Assembly: GCA_965222225.1 (NCBI GenBank)
Contig: CBDCTK010000002.1
Span: forward strand, 4,992,001 to 5,056,000
DNA: 64,000 nt
DNA from: Candidatus Poribacteria bacterium
GTDB taxonomy: Bacteria; Poribacteria; WGA-4E; JAJDTR01
Direction of reading: 5' to 3'
Numbering within the stretch: the first letter of the stretch is position 1; every line of letters starts with the position of its first letter. Below are positions 52,320 to 61,685 of the stretch, one piece after another. The position numbers and the translations under genes were made by a program. The notes beneath the pieces are model-generated. The model saw nothing but the letters and a program-made list of their open reading frames with translations. It did no database searches and had not been told where the DNA came from.

Positions 52320-52494
52320 GACGCAACCTCCTTGTCGTGCAGCGGTTGACAACTTTTTCACAGGCACCACTCCGTGCAATCAGGAGTATAGAAAAGAGTC
52401 GTATTGATTGCCAAGGTTTCTGACTTGTATAAGTACGGCAGTTGATGTTTAAACGGAGTTTGTCCTTAAAACAGAACTGCCAGGTAAACGAGTG

Positions 52495-52830
52495 TCATGT
52501 TTCTACCTTCGCGTATACAGGCGAGTTGATATCAACTAGAATATTATCTCCTTCTACTTTCACGGGATAAGTTGCGATGCATGTTTGCCCAGGCCAAACG
52601 CATTTCCCGGTTTTTACATCAAACTCCCACATGTGGAGTGGGCAGGTAATTACACTATCACTCAGGAACCCATAACTTAAAACTCCTCCGAAATGCGGGC
52701 AAATGTTGTTCATCGCATGATATTCACCGGAGACGTTGTAGATGCCGACAAAAACACCCTCAACCTTGACACCAATGCAGCGGCCCGCCTGAATTTCATC
52801 AGTTTTCGCTGCTATCACAAATTGACCCAT
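52495..52830 (-). CDS. Rieske-type ferredoxin
   Basis: CPH...CPLH motif, FDVKTG. Confidence 0.88.
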   Translation of the reverse strand: MGQFVIAAKTDEIQAGRCIGVKVEGVFVGIYNVSGEYHAMNNICPHFGGVLSYGFLSDSVITCPLHMWEFDVKTGKCVWPGQTCIATYPVKVEGDNILVDINSPVYAKVET

Positions 52831-53157
52831 TCCACGGTTTCCTTTCCGTTAGTGCCTATGTCTTACCCTTGATGATTGTATCACGTCTTTCTCGCATACC
52901 TCAACCAAATTCCAGATTTTTTCCGTATGATTCTAGTCGTCGCGTGTACAAAAATGTTCAACACATTCACTATCCATGCGTACACTGCGAGAATGTTGTA
53001 TAAGTCACCCAAGGCAATTACCGGGCCGTTGTGCATGCACCTGTCCTGCACTAGAGGAGCCTACCATTTAAGTGAGTTTCGAGGAGTGAAGCTGTTATTA
53101 TAGTCATTGCAACTAAGATTATACATTTGGGACTTACGCAATTCAGTTTGTAGTAGC

Positions 53158-53194
53158 GATCAAGGGAGCGAATAGCGACTGCGATAGAGATCCC
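53158..53194. repeat. 37-nt covarying hairpin micro-element, reverse orientation
   Basis: GATCAA-GG-GA-GC-GAATA-GC-GA-CT-GCGATAGAGATCCC. Confidence 0.78.
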
Positions 53195-53660
53195 TTTACT
53201 GCGCGTCTTCTGTAGGAGCGAGCTTTGCTCGTGAGAGGAAATCTCGATCTGGAGATTGGATCTCTATTGTACTTGTTGCCCCCTCGATTAATCTCCTACA
53301 GTAGGTTTGTCGCAACAATCTCCAATTGTCAAATCGAGCAATATATAATTCATATCTGTGTAAATATGAATGTAAATAACTGTAGCAGGGAGTCGCCGGC
53401 TGACTGCAAAAGAGCGAGTGGTGTGCCGATTAGGATGAGGTCACAGAACATTATTGAAGCATGACCGTGAAATAGGGGCGTTGGGCCTGAAACTTCTCCT
53501 CGCTGCGTGTTCATTGGAGGTAGTATTGGCACGCAACCGGATATTCAGCGGGTTCGAGATTATCGATTGGGGTATTGAAAATTAAGGACAAATCTTCAGA
53601 AAGATGTGGAGATTGACCTGCGAAAGTACGCAAAGGGAAAGGATTTGCATCCCGAATGGT

Positions 53661-54908
53661 TTAAACAGATTCCTGAAGTTTCGGATGATTGCCTAGTACC
53701 TTGATTAAAGTACGCGCAAGTTTTTCGGGGTCATGACGAATCACATTCAGTTGCACCCCATTCTCAACAACGACTGTATCGCGAATGAGATCCGCTTCGA
53801 CAACATGGCCTTCCTCGAAATTATCATGCTCTAGATCGTATAGGACCTGCACCTTGGAAGTGTCAGCCATCTGTTCCCGAGTTTCATCGGATAGTTGAGA
53901 AATATAATTCGTCAAACTCATGACCAAATCTGTTGGACGTACCTTATTATCTTCGAGCAGTGAGAGCCCTTCTTCGGCACGTGATTGAATCCTTGTCAGG
54001 AGTTCTGATAGTTCTTTCTGGACGTACCTTTTTATTAGGTCGTCGGGCGCCGGTTGATTGTTAACTACAATATAGTCTAGTGGAACATCCGCGTGATCGT
54101 AGATTGCCTGGACGTGGTCAGTCACGGAATACCCGTCCGTCTCTCCAGGTTGAGTCATGACGTTGCAGATGTAGATTTTCATTGCATTTGATCCCTGAAT
54201 TGCATCTACAATGCCTTTGACAACAAGGTTCGGCATAATACTGGTGTATAAGCTCCCGGGGCCGATGATTATCACATCGGCATTTACGATGGTTTCGATA
54301 GCCTCCTGATGGGCGACACATTGATAGGAATCTGTTGACGAGTGTTGATGGGTCTTGCCATTATCGCGCGGTGCGAGGAATACTCGTCGAATCGGTTCAC
54401 GGTTCCGACGGTTTGGAATCTGTGATTCCCCGCTAACCACTTCGCCGTCCGCCAGTTCCGCGCATAGCATTGTATAATCTAGGCTCACGGGAATGATTCT
54501 TCCACGTACGGCGAGGAGTTCTGAGGCCGCCTGAATCGCTTTCGGAAAACTGCCTTCACTCAGTTCGGTTAATGCAATCAAGAGCAGATTTCCGACTGTA
54601 TGTCCGCCCAAGTCGCCGTTGCTGGAAAAACGGTACTCAAATAACCGTGCGAGCAATTCGTCCGCGTCAGAAAGCGCATATAGTAACTTGCGGGTATCTC
54701 CTGGCGGAAGTACATCAAATTCTTCAATCAGTCTTCCGGTACTACCGCCGTCATCAAAGACAGAAACAATAGCGGCTAATTTGTTCATGTCAATAATCTC
54801 TGACCAATCGTGTTTTGCGCTTGTATATTTCTTAATGCCGCTTAGCAAAGACGACAAACCAGTTCCGCCGCCGATACAAGCGAGTTTCAAGGCACTTTTT
54901 TCCGTCAT
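53661..54908 (-). CDS. yvcK: YvcK/CofD-like gluconeogenesis factor
   Basis: IGGGTGL, DDGGSTG, PPGD, GHTVGNL, GPGSLYTSI.PNL, TQPGET, RHDP. Confidence 0.9.
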   Translation of the reverse strand: MTEKSALKLACIGGGTGLSSLLSGIKKYTSAKHDWSEIIDMNKLAAIVSVFDDGGSTGRLIEEFDVLPPGDTRKLLYALSDADELLARLFEYRFSSNGDLGGHTVGNLLLIALTELSEGSFPKAIQAASELLAVRGRIIPVSLDYTMLCAELADGEVVSGESQIPNRRNREPIRRVFLAPRDNGKTHQHSSTDSYQCVAHQEAIETIVNADVIIIGPGSLYTSIMPNLVVKGIVDAIQGSNAMKIYICNVMTQPGETDGYSVTDHVQAIYDHADVPLDYIVVNNQPAPDDLIKRYVQKELSELLTRIQSRAEEGLSLLEDNKVRPTDLVMSLTNYISQLSDETREQMADTSKVQVLYDLEHDNFEEGHVVEADLIRDTVVVENGVQLNVIRHDPEKLARTLIKVLGNHPKLQESV

Positions 54909-55078
54909 GAATTTCTCCGCAAATTATCAATGCCAAAAGGAACTTAGCGCAAACTCGAAGTCCTGTGATGATGACTTCAGTTGTCGCGATAAATCTGGAA
55001 GAGGATTTAATTTACACGAGTCACTTGTAGATTTCAAACGCATCTAAATAGTGGCAATCTTTGAGGTTATGTTCTTGT

Positions 55079-56515
55079 TCAGCTTTCGTATGTCATTAGT
55101 TGCTTTAAGGTTTCAACTGTTTCATTACAGAGTATTTCAGCTCGGTCAGAAGTTCGAGCCTCACTGAACACCCGAATTACCGGCTCAGTGCCTGACTTTC
55201 GAATGTTGACCCAGCTATCTCTCCAGACGCGCTTCACACCGTCTGTTAAGTCGAGTGACACTTCCTCCGCCAATTTCCCTTTTTCCGCGTAAATCTCCGC
55301 GGCACGTTGCACTACTGCTTCAGAAACCGACTGCGAAGGGCTCTCCAGCTTTTTCTGAAACATTGCATAACTCGGTATTGAGTTAACCAACGCTGAAATT
55401 GTCGTGTTAGATTCAGCGAGTTGATGAACGATGGCGGCGATAGATGCGAGACCGTCTGTTGTATATTGAATTTCAGGGAAAACCACTCCTCCAGTGCCCT
55501 CGCCACCGATAACTGCGTTAGTTTTTCGCATTTTTTCAACAACATAGCCTACGCCAACCGGCGTACGGTGCACTTGAGCGCGATGTCGAGCAGCAATATC
55601 GTCAATCATGAGACTCGTAGAGACCGTGCTAACCACATCGCCCTTTCTTCTGTTAAGGATAAAATCGGCAGAAAGTGCAATTGTGTACTCGCTACTCAGT
55701 GGGGCACCGTCTTCAGAGACAACAACAAGTCGATCCGCGTCTCCGTCATGTGCAAACCCGACATCCGCACTGTTCGCAAGGACAGCTTTGCAAAGTTGGT
55801 TTAGCGCGTCCGGGGTTGGCTCTGCCGAGCGTGGAAAATGGCCGTCCGGAACACAGTTTACTTCAACTACTTGACATCCGAGTTGCCTAAGCAAGTGTGG
55901 ACTTGCGATGCTACCTGCGCCGTTGCCACAATCGATTGCAACTCTAAGAGCGCGTTCGCGCAGCAACTCAAGGTTTACCCAGTCGCAATCTAGGATCTTT
56001 TCTATATGTCGCTTGATGGCGCCTTCATAGATTTCAACCGACCCTTGTTGATTCCACTTGGCGAGGTGAAAATCCTTGGATTGGTAGATTTCCATGAATT
56101 GTTCTCGCTCTTGCCGATTTAACAGTCGTCCTGATTCAAGCGCAAATTCCAAGCCATTCCACTCCACGGGGTTGTGGCTTGCGGTGATGGCGATGCTGCC
56201 GCTCGCATTTAATTCTTTCGTCATCAACAGAATCGTTGGCGTTGGACACATACCGACATCAATCACTCTGCAACCGGTCGAAATGAGTCCAGCTAGAATC
56301 GCATGGCGGGCCATCTCACCCGATACGCGCGAATCTCTACCAACCACCACAGTTTTGGAAGGATTCGAATTATTCTGTTCGCCATAGTGACGTTGACGCT
56401 TCGCCGTGTTCACCATAATGCCAAAAGCGGTTGCAAACTGTGTCAACATAGCCGCATTCAGAGAATTGCCGACGATACCACGGATACCTGACACACTGAC
56501 GATGGGAGTGTCCAT
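55079..56515 (-). CDS. glmM: Phosphoglucosamine mutase (phosphohexomutase family)
   Basis: SVSGIRG, TASHNP, DGDADR, GGEGTGG, RKSGTEP. Confidence 0.85.
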   Translation of the reverse strand: MDTPIVSVSGIRGIVGNSLNAAMLTQFATAFGIMVNTAKRQRHYGEQNNSNPSKTVVVGRDSRVSGEMARHAILAGLISTGCRVIDVGMCPTPTILLMTKELNASGSIAITASHNPVEWNGLEFALESGRLLNRQEREQFMEIYQSKDFHLAKWNQQGSVEIYEGAIKRHIEKILDCDWVNLELLRERALRVAIDCGNGAGSIASPHLLRQLGCQVVEVNCVPDGHFPRSAEPTPDALNQLCKAVLANSADVGFAHDGDADRLVVVSEDGAPLSSEYTIALSADFILNRRKGDVVSTVSTSLMIDDIAARHRAQVHRTPVGVGYVVEKMRKTNAVIGGEGTGGVVFPEIQYTTDGLASIAAIVHQLAESNTTISALVNSIPSYAMFQKKLESPSQSVSEAVVQRAAEIYAEKGKLAEEVSLDLTDGVKRVWRDSWVNIRKSGTEPVIRVFSEARTSDRAEILCNETVETLKQLMTYES

Positions 56516-56520
56516 AAATT

Positions 56521-57390
56521 CTAAGCCTTGTCGTGGTGAAAATCCTTGATAAAACCAAGCCTCGATACCATAAAGAGACAGCAAAGCCCGACCAAAACTT
56601 GAAAACCGCACACGGCATACCATTTTGGATAAACAAACAGGTAAGACGGGAGCGGGGTCAGTTCGTACAAGTGTGGTGCTCTGAATATATCAATTTCAAG
56701 TAGCTGACACACAGCGATTAGTGGATTCATAAAAAGGAACACCGGTATAATTGAAAACTGGTCAGCAATCAATAAAGTTCCGATGTAGCGATTCAGCGGT
56801 GAAAGAAGAAAAACTCCACCAATCAACAACAGTGATGCGGCATATGCAAACTGGACAGCATGAATCTCATGGCAAAAAATCCGCCAGCCCAACATTCCGA
56901 TAAATGCACTCGAAAAAACAGTAGCAAGAAGCACCAAGTGATAGGAAAATAGCGTTGCATACGACACATCGTGGCTCGATTCATTGACAAGCACAAAGGC
57001 CGACGCCGACAAGACAGCAAAACAGACAAGTGGGACTTGGCTGCTAATCGCAATGGCACCAAGAGTGCTCCCGGGGCGTATCCGGCTTAGTACCAGAAGT
57101 TTATCTGATGTAGCTTCACGGAATTGATTGGCGAGTGCGCGACTTGAAAAGCAAGGAGATACAATCAGGACCAAGAAGATCTCTGATAGGAATTTTGTGC
57201 CCAAACTGTGGGTAAGCCTAAGATGCGATAGGAGCTGATTAACCGCCAACAGAAGAAGACCGAGTATAGTAATCGTGATAAGGATTCGCCTCATTGTCCA
57301 TTGACCCATCAGTAGGCTCAATCTGTCCGCATAGTAACGCCTATCCTCTAACATACTGAAGCGTATCAATCCATTCATCTCAAGAATCAC
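56521..57390 (-). CDS. Hypothetical integral membrane protein
   Basis: Several hydrophobic segments; start codon uncertain. Confidence 0.6.
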   Translation of the reverse strand: MILEMNGLIRFSMLEDRRYYADRLSLLMGQWTMRRILITITILGLLLLAVNQLLSHLRLTHSLGTKFLSEIFLVLIVSPCFSSRALANQFREATSDKLLVLSRIRPGSTLGAIAISSQVPLVCFAVLSASAFVLVNESSHDVSYATLFSYHLVLLATVFSSAFIGMLGWRIFCHEIHAVQFAYAASLLLIGGVFLLSPLNRYIGTLLIADQFSIIPVFLFMNPLIAVCQLLEIDIFRAPHLYELTPLPSYLFVYPKWYAVCGFQVLVGLCCLFMVSRLGFIKDFHHDKA

Positions 57391-57413
57391 ATGTGAACCA
57401 AGACGACTTGAAT

Positions 57414-58079
57414 CTATTCTTCTCCGAAATGCTGCTGCAACATACTTTGAATCTCTAGGATAATACGCTCAATTGCGTAGAGGTTCGGATTAATTTCCAA
57501 AGCTCGCTGAAAAGCGTCCATTGCTGCCGCAAGGTCGCCAAGTTTCAAGTAGCACTGTCCCATTCCCGCGAGCGCGCCAAAATGAAAGGGATTGAGTTCA
57601 ACTGTCTTCTTGCAATCTTCGATCGATTTACTCAACTCGTCGCTCATGAAATATGCGATTGCGCGTTGATTGTATCCCTCTGCAAAGTTAGCGGCTATCC
57701 GTATGACCTCTGAGAACACTTGAATCGCCTCTCCGTATTGTTGCTTTTTTATGTGATTTGTGCCTTTTTGCATCATGGCGCTAACCGATTCATCGTCAGA
57801 CCGAAACCAGATCGACCACAATGCCTGTTCAGCATTGGCGCGCGTCCCCGGATCTTCATGCGTGAGCGCTGCAACCAAAGATGGGATGGCGTCTTCGTTA
57901 GCAATCTCACCCAGCGCATACGCCGCAGCCCGGCATGTGAGCGGTTTCCGGTTTTCTAAGGATTCTATGAGCGTTTCCTGTGAATATTTCTCCTCCAAGG
58001 CACGCTTTAGCGCATGCTTCTGATTCGGATGCTGATGCATTAACCTAGCTAGTTCGGAGAATCCATTTTGCTCTGGCAT
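57414..58079 (-). CDS. HEAT + TPR repeat protein
   Basis: RAAAYALGEI, AEQALWSIW, AEGYNQRA, HFGALAGMG. Confidence 0.85.
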   Translation of the reverse strand: MPEQNGFSELARLMHQHPNQKHALKRALEEKYSQETLIESLENRKPLTCRAAAYALGEIANEDAIPSLVAALTHEDPGTRANAEQALWSIWFRSDDESVSAMMQKGTNHIKKQQYGEAIQVFSEVIRIAANFAEGYNQRAIAYFMSDELSKSIEDCKKTVELNPFHFGALAGMGQCYLKLGDLAAAMDAFQRALEINPNLYAIERIILEIQSMLQQHFGEE

Positions 58080-58605
58080 ATATAATTCCTTGAATTTTCA
58101 GGTCAACTACGCATGACTAGTGTTGACCTAACACTTATAATTTATCAATCCGAAATCACGATTGAATCATATCACACCTTGACAATCTGCTCAAGAGAAA
58201 AGTATGAGACGTGTTTGAGAACTCTAGACACAACTTGAAAAACGGCACTTGGGAATCTTGGGAACTTTCATACTTTTCATACCAAATGAGGGATTCCAGT
58301 AGAGACAGAAAACCGTAAGAACTCTTGCTATCACTGGATTCTAGGTAGTTTCAACATTCGAACTTCCAAGGGTTGGTATGAAACAGCGGGAGCTACCCAA
58401 AACATTTTCAAATCTCGGATTGACGTTCTGTCGTAGAAGAAGATTGTTTTTCAAAAATTTCTTAACCCGACTTTGTACATTTAAGCGGGATAACAGACGG
58501 TGTCAATCAAGCGTTGAAGAAAAGCGGGGAAGATTTTAACCATTTGGTCTTTTTGGTTGACCATTGAAAAAGTCGTCAGCGGTTTCTGATATTGTGCAAC
58601 CTGTC

Positions 58606-58891
58606 GGGATCTCTATCGCACTCACTATAGGATTTACTATCGCCTTCGTTATCCACTCAGTTGATCGTTCGTTTGATCTCGCGCTGGGGGGCTGATGTAA
58701 ATAACTCGCTGGCGCTATACACCTGAAGATCTCTATCGCACGGGATTGTCTATCACCCTCCCTATCCGGTCGGTTGATCGTCGCTGGCGCTTTCAAAGGC
58801 TGGTAGGATCTCTATGGGATTTCTATCGCACTCGTTATCCACTCGTTTGATCGCTCATTATTCATTCGCTTGATCGCAGTGCGCACCCTAC
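58606..58891. repeat. Array of nested 37-38 nt micro-elements ending in a REP half
   Basis: Inner copies 58629-58666, 58742-58779, 58816-58852, two of them splitting complete outer copies; ends in GCAGTGCGCACCCTAC. Confidence 0.82.
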
Positions 58892-59272
58892 AAGATGGCA
58901 ATTCAGAATTGTACTTTTGTACAAAGTCGAGCCTAAGTCAGGCATTTGCACTTCAAGTCTCTGACGTGGGTAGCGGAGATTGGGAAGGATGCAGTCAAAT
59001 TACCACAGTGAATAGTGCACACAAGCATAGGAGACGTTGGGTGCGCAATGCCGGCAGCGCGTTCGGGGATGATGGACCTTTGCCACCCTGAAAGAACTAG
59101 ATGTACTTGCAGAACGCCCAAGTGTCAGATATAATGCTTGCAGTCGGGTGGATTAAGGAGTCATGTGAAGAACCACACCTGCTAGGATAACCACAGAATC
59201 TGTAATGTAGGAGTCCGAGGCCTATCGGGTGGATTGTGTGTTACGATCGAAGGACTACAGCAACTGTTAAAA

Positions 59273-59427
59273 AACCCAAGTTGCCACCTTTGTCCGACAG
59301 GGGCACAGAAACCGAGTTTTTTCCGACGTGGAAACACGAGATTGACGATAATCAGACCAATTTACCTATAATTTAGCGAACGTGAACCAAAAAATCGGGT
59401 TCTCTTTTATAGGTAGCAACTTGGGTT
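59273..59427. mobile_element. MITE-like element with 17-bp terminal inverted repeats
   Basis: AACCCAAGTTGCCACCT / AGGTAGCAACTTGGGTT (one mismatch). Confidence 0.6.
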
Positions 59428-59437
59428 AAAAATAAGC

Positions 59438-60478
59438 ATGTATATATTTGAACCGTTGAATTGTCAGTGTGAGGACTCGTGGGATGAGGTTCTAAAACAG
59501 TGTCCGGGTAGCAATGCATTTCACTCAACCGCATGGAGAGTCGCCCTTGACCAAGCGTTTGCTCAACTGTCGCCAATGTACTACCTAATTAAAGAGAATT
59601 GTACGTTGGTTGGCGGGTTTCCTGCATTCGTTTTCAAGCCAATTCCCGGTATCAAGATGTTACATTCGATGCCGTGGCATCTATTCGGAGGTATCCAACT
59701 CGTCACTGATGCAGAGGTGGATATCAAGGCGTTACTTGAATTGACGGAAAAACACCTTTCAAATGCGGCACACAATCAGAATATTTGCGAGGCTATTTTT
59801 ACCCTTTCTCCTGCCCAAACCGCGGAATATGGTCATAGGTTTACCGAAATCGGTTATCAGAAACATAAGACGCTTTCCACCCATCTTCTCAGAACGTCAG
59901 AGGACTATGACGTGCTATGGAAAGCGTATAACAAGCGTGTTCGAGGTGCGGTGCGGAAGGCAGCAAAAGCAGGTGTGAGGGTTTCCGACGCGCATACCGA
60001 CGGTGATTTGGAAGCGTTCTATAGTATCTATCTAGCAACGGTCAAACGCTTGGGTGGCACGCCCAAGCCGCGAGCCCTGATTCAATCTCTTTACCGAAGT
60101 CGAATCGGAAAACTGGCAATCGCAAAGCGTGATGGGATTGTAATTGCCGGATTGTTGTATCTTTATTTCAATCGAACTGTAACGCTATGGTGTGAAGCGT
60201 CCGACCCGCAATATTTAGAATATCGTCCGAACAATGCCATCTTCCACCACATCATTCAGTGGGCTTGCGCAAGGGGATATGAGTGGGTAGATTTTGGTGC
60301 CTCTCCGCCCGAACATCACGGCTTAATTGCTCACAAAGAGCAGTATAAGGCACAGAGGTTTAACTTCTGCAGTTACATAAAGATTCATTCGCCATTGAGA
60401 CGGGAAGTTTGGCAGATAGCAGAACCTTCGCTTCGTAAATTATACACGTGGATTCAACACGCTCGCAGCCGAGATTAG
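59438..60478 (+). CDS. GNAT/FemAB-like acyltransferase
   Basis: FHSTAW, RVRGAVRKAAKAGV, RPNNAIF, WVDFGAS. Confidence 0.82.
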   Translation: MYIFEPLNCQCEDSWDEVLKQCPGSNAFHSTAWRVALDQAFAQLSPMYYLIKENCTLVGGFPAFVFKPIPGIKMLHSMPWHLFGGIQLVTDAEVDIKALLELTEKHLSNAAHNQNICEAIFTLSPAQTAEYGHRFTEIGYQKHKTLSTHLLRTSEDYDVLWKAYNKRVRGAVRKAAKAGVRVSDAHTDGDLEAFYSIYLATVKRLGGTPKPRALIQSLYRSRIGKLAIAKRDGIVIAGLLYLYFNRTVTLWCEASDPQYLEYRPNNAIFHHIIQWACARGYEWVDFGASPPEHHGLIAHKEQYKAQRFNFCSYIKIHSPLRREVWQIAEPSLRKLYTWIQHARSRD

Positions 60479-60576
60479 CTTGGACAAGCATGAGATTTAC
60501 CAACTTTTATTCGACAATCAATTCCCGGGTTGTACAATAGAGGGCGCTCAAAATTCCCACAGCGCGAATTTGTCTA

Positions 60577-61488
60577 TCATCCTGCGGGCACAAGTACCGT
60601 AAGTCCGCGTTCGACGAGTTCTACCGTAGCAGGGGTATAGCCCACTTTCTCGCCATCCGCGTAAAGAAGGGTTGGTGGATCTGTGTGAATAGTCAGCGAT
60701 TTTGTGCGTTGGATACTGACTGCGGGATGGGCTGTATGTCCGCCCCAAAACAACTTTACAAGCATACTCAATACTGTTAGGCGAGACACGGGCTTGATGA
60801 TGCAAACATCAAATAGGCCGTCGTTCATAACAGCGTTCGGCACGATTTTGAAACCGCCGCCATAATGAGGGGTAATACCGGTTGCCGCCAAGAGAATATC
60901 CCCCTCATACACGCCGAAATCACCTTCAAGCCGCACTGCAGGGGTGTTGTAAGAAAAAAGTGTTGTAATTGCCGTATATACGTAGGTTGCCGTGCCGGAG
61001 AAGGGGACATTCGCCTCCGAAGCCCGTCGACTAACTTCGGCATCGTACCCACACGTGACTATCGTGTCAAAATAAAAATCTCCAATTCTGCCAACGTCAA
61101 CTTCAAAAGGTTTGCCGCTCAATAGTACCTGGATAGCCTGATCCGGGTCTTTCGGAATCTTGAGCGCCCTAGCGAAGTCGTTTCCCCTTCCACAAGGTAT
61201 TAGTCCCAATACTATATGTGGTCTTGCTGCGATCGCGTTAACAATTTCGTGGATTGTGCCATCCCCGCCACATGCAATCAGCCACCGACATCCATTCTGA
61301 ATGGCTTCTTGTGCCAGACGACGTGCGTCGCCTCGCCGGGTTGTCAGTGCGAGTCTACCCCTTCGTCCGTTGCTTGTGAGTCGCTTAAGAGCTCTCTCGG
61401 CAATTACCTTGCTCTTGCCTTTTCCGGAGATTGGGTTCGCAATTATTAGAAAATCTTCGGAGATTGATGTTTCAATCCGGTTTTGCAT
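60577..61488 (-). CDS. Diacylglycerol kinase family lipid kinase (YegS/DagK-like)
   Basis: NPISG, GGDGTIHE, PCGRGNDFAR, YGGG, ADGE. Confidence 0.9.
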   Translation of the reverse strand: MQNRIETSISEDFLIIANPISGKGKSKVIAERALKRLTSNGRRGRLALTTRRGDARRLAQEAIQNGCRWLIACGGDGTIHEIVNAIAARPHIVLGLIPCGRGNDFARALKIPKDPDQAIQVLLSGKPFEVDVGRIGDFYFDTIVTCGYDAEVSRRASEANVPFSGTATYVYTAITTLFSYNTPAVRLEGDFGVYEGDILLAATGITPHYGGGFKIVPNAVMNDGLFDVCIIKPVSRLTVLSMLVKLFWGGHTAHPAVSIQRTKSLTIHTDPPTLLYADGEKVGYTPATVELVERGLTVLVPAG

Positions 61489-61616
61489 GATAACTTTGAC
61501 GTGGTTGGTGATTGAGGATTGATGGTTGGTAAATGGTGGGCTGTAACTGTCGAGAAAAGATAATAGCAGACTTACTCAAATGCGTCAATCCGAAATAATA
61601 TGTCAACACTTGAATC

Positions 61617-61645
61617 TTGACAGTGAAGTGTCAGACACGTATAAT
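61617..61645 (+). promoter_or_regulatory. Perfect sigma70 consensus promoter of the peroxiredoxin gene
   Basis: TTGACA-17 bp-TATAAT; AAGGAGGA RBS before ATG 61686. Confidence 0.85.
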
Positions 61646-61685
61646 TCGCAGAGGTTTACAGCGAGAGTCCTCAAGGAGGATTGAT

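Noticed and set aside
58606-58891. Micro-element cluster as a CRISPR array or DGR variable repeats
   Set aside because: No constant repeat-spacer periodicity; variation is compensatory base pairing, not adenine-specific; no reverse transcriptase or cas gene in the window
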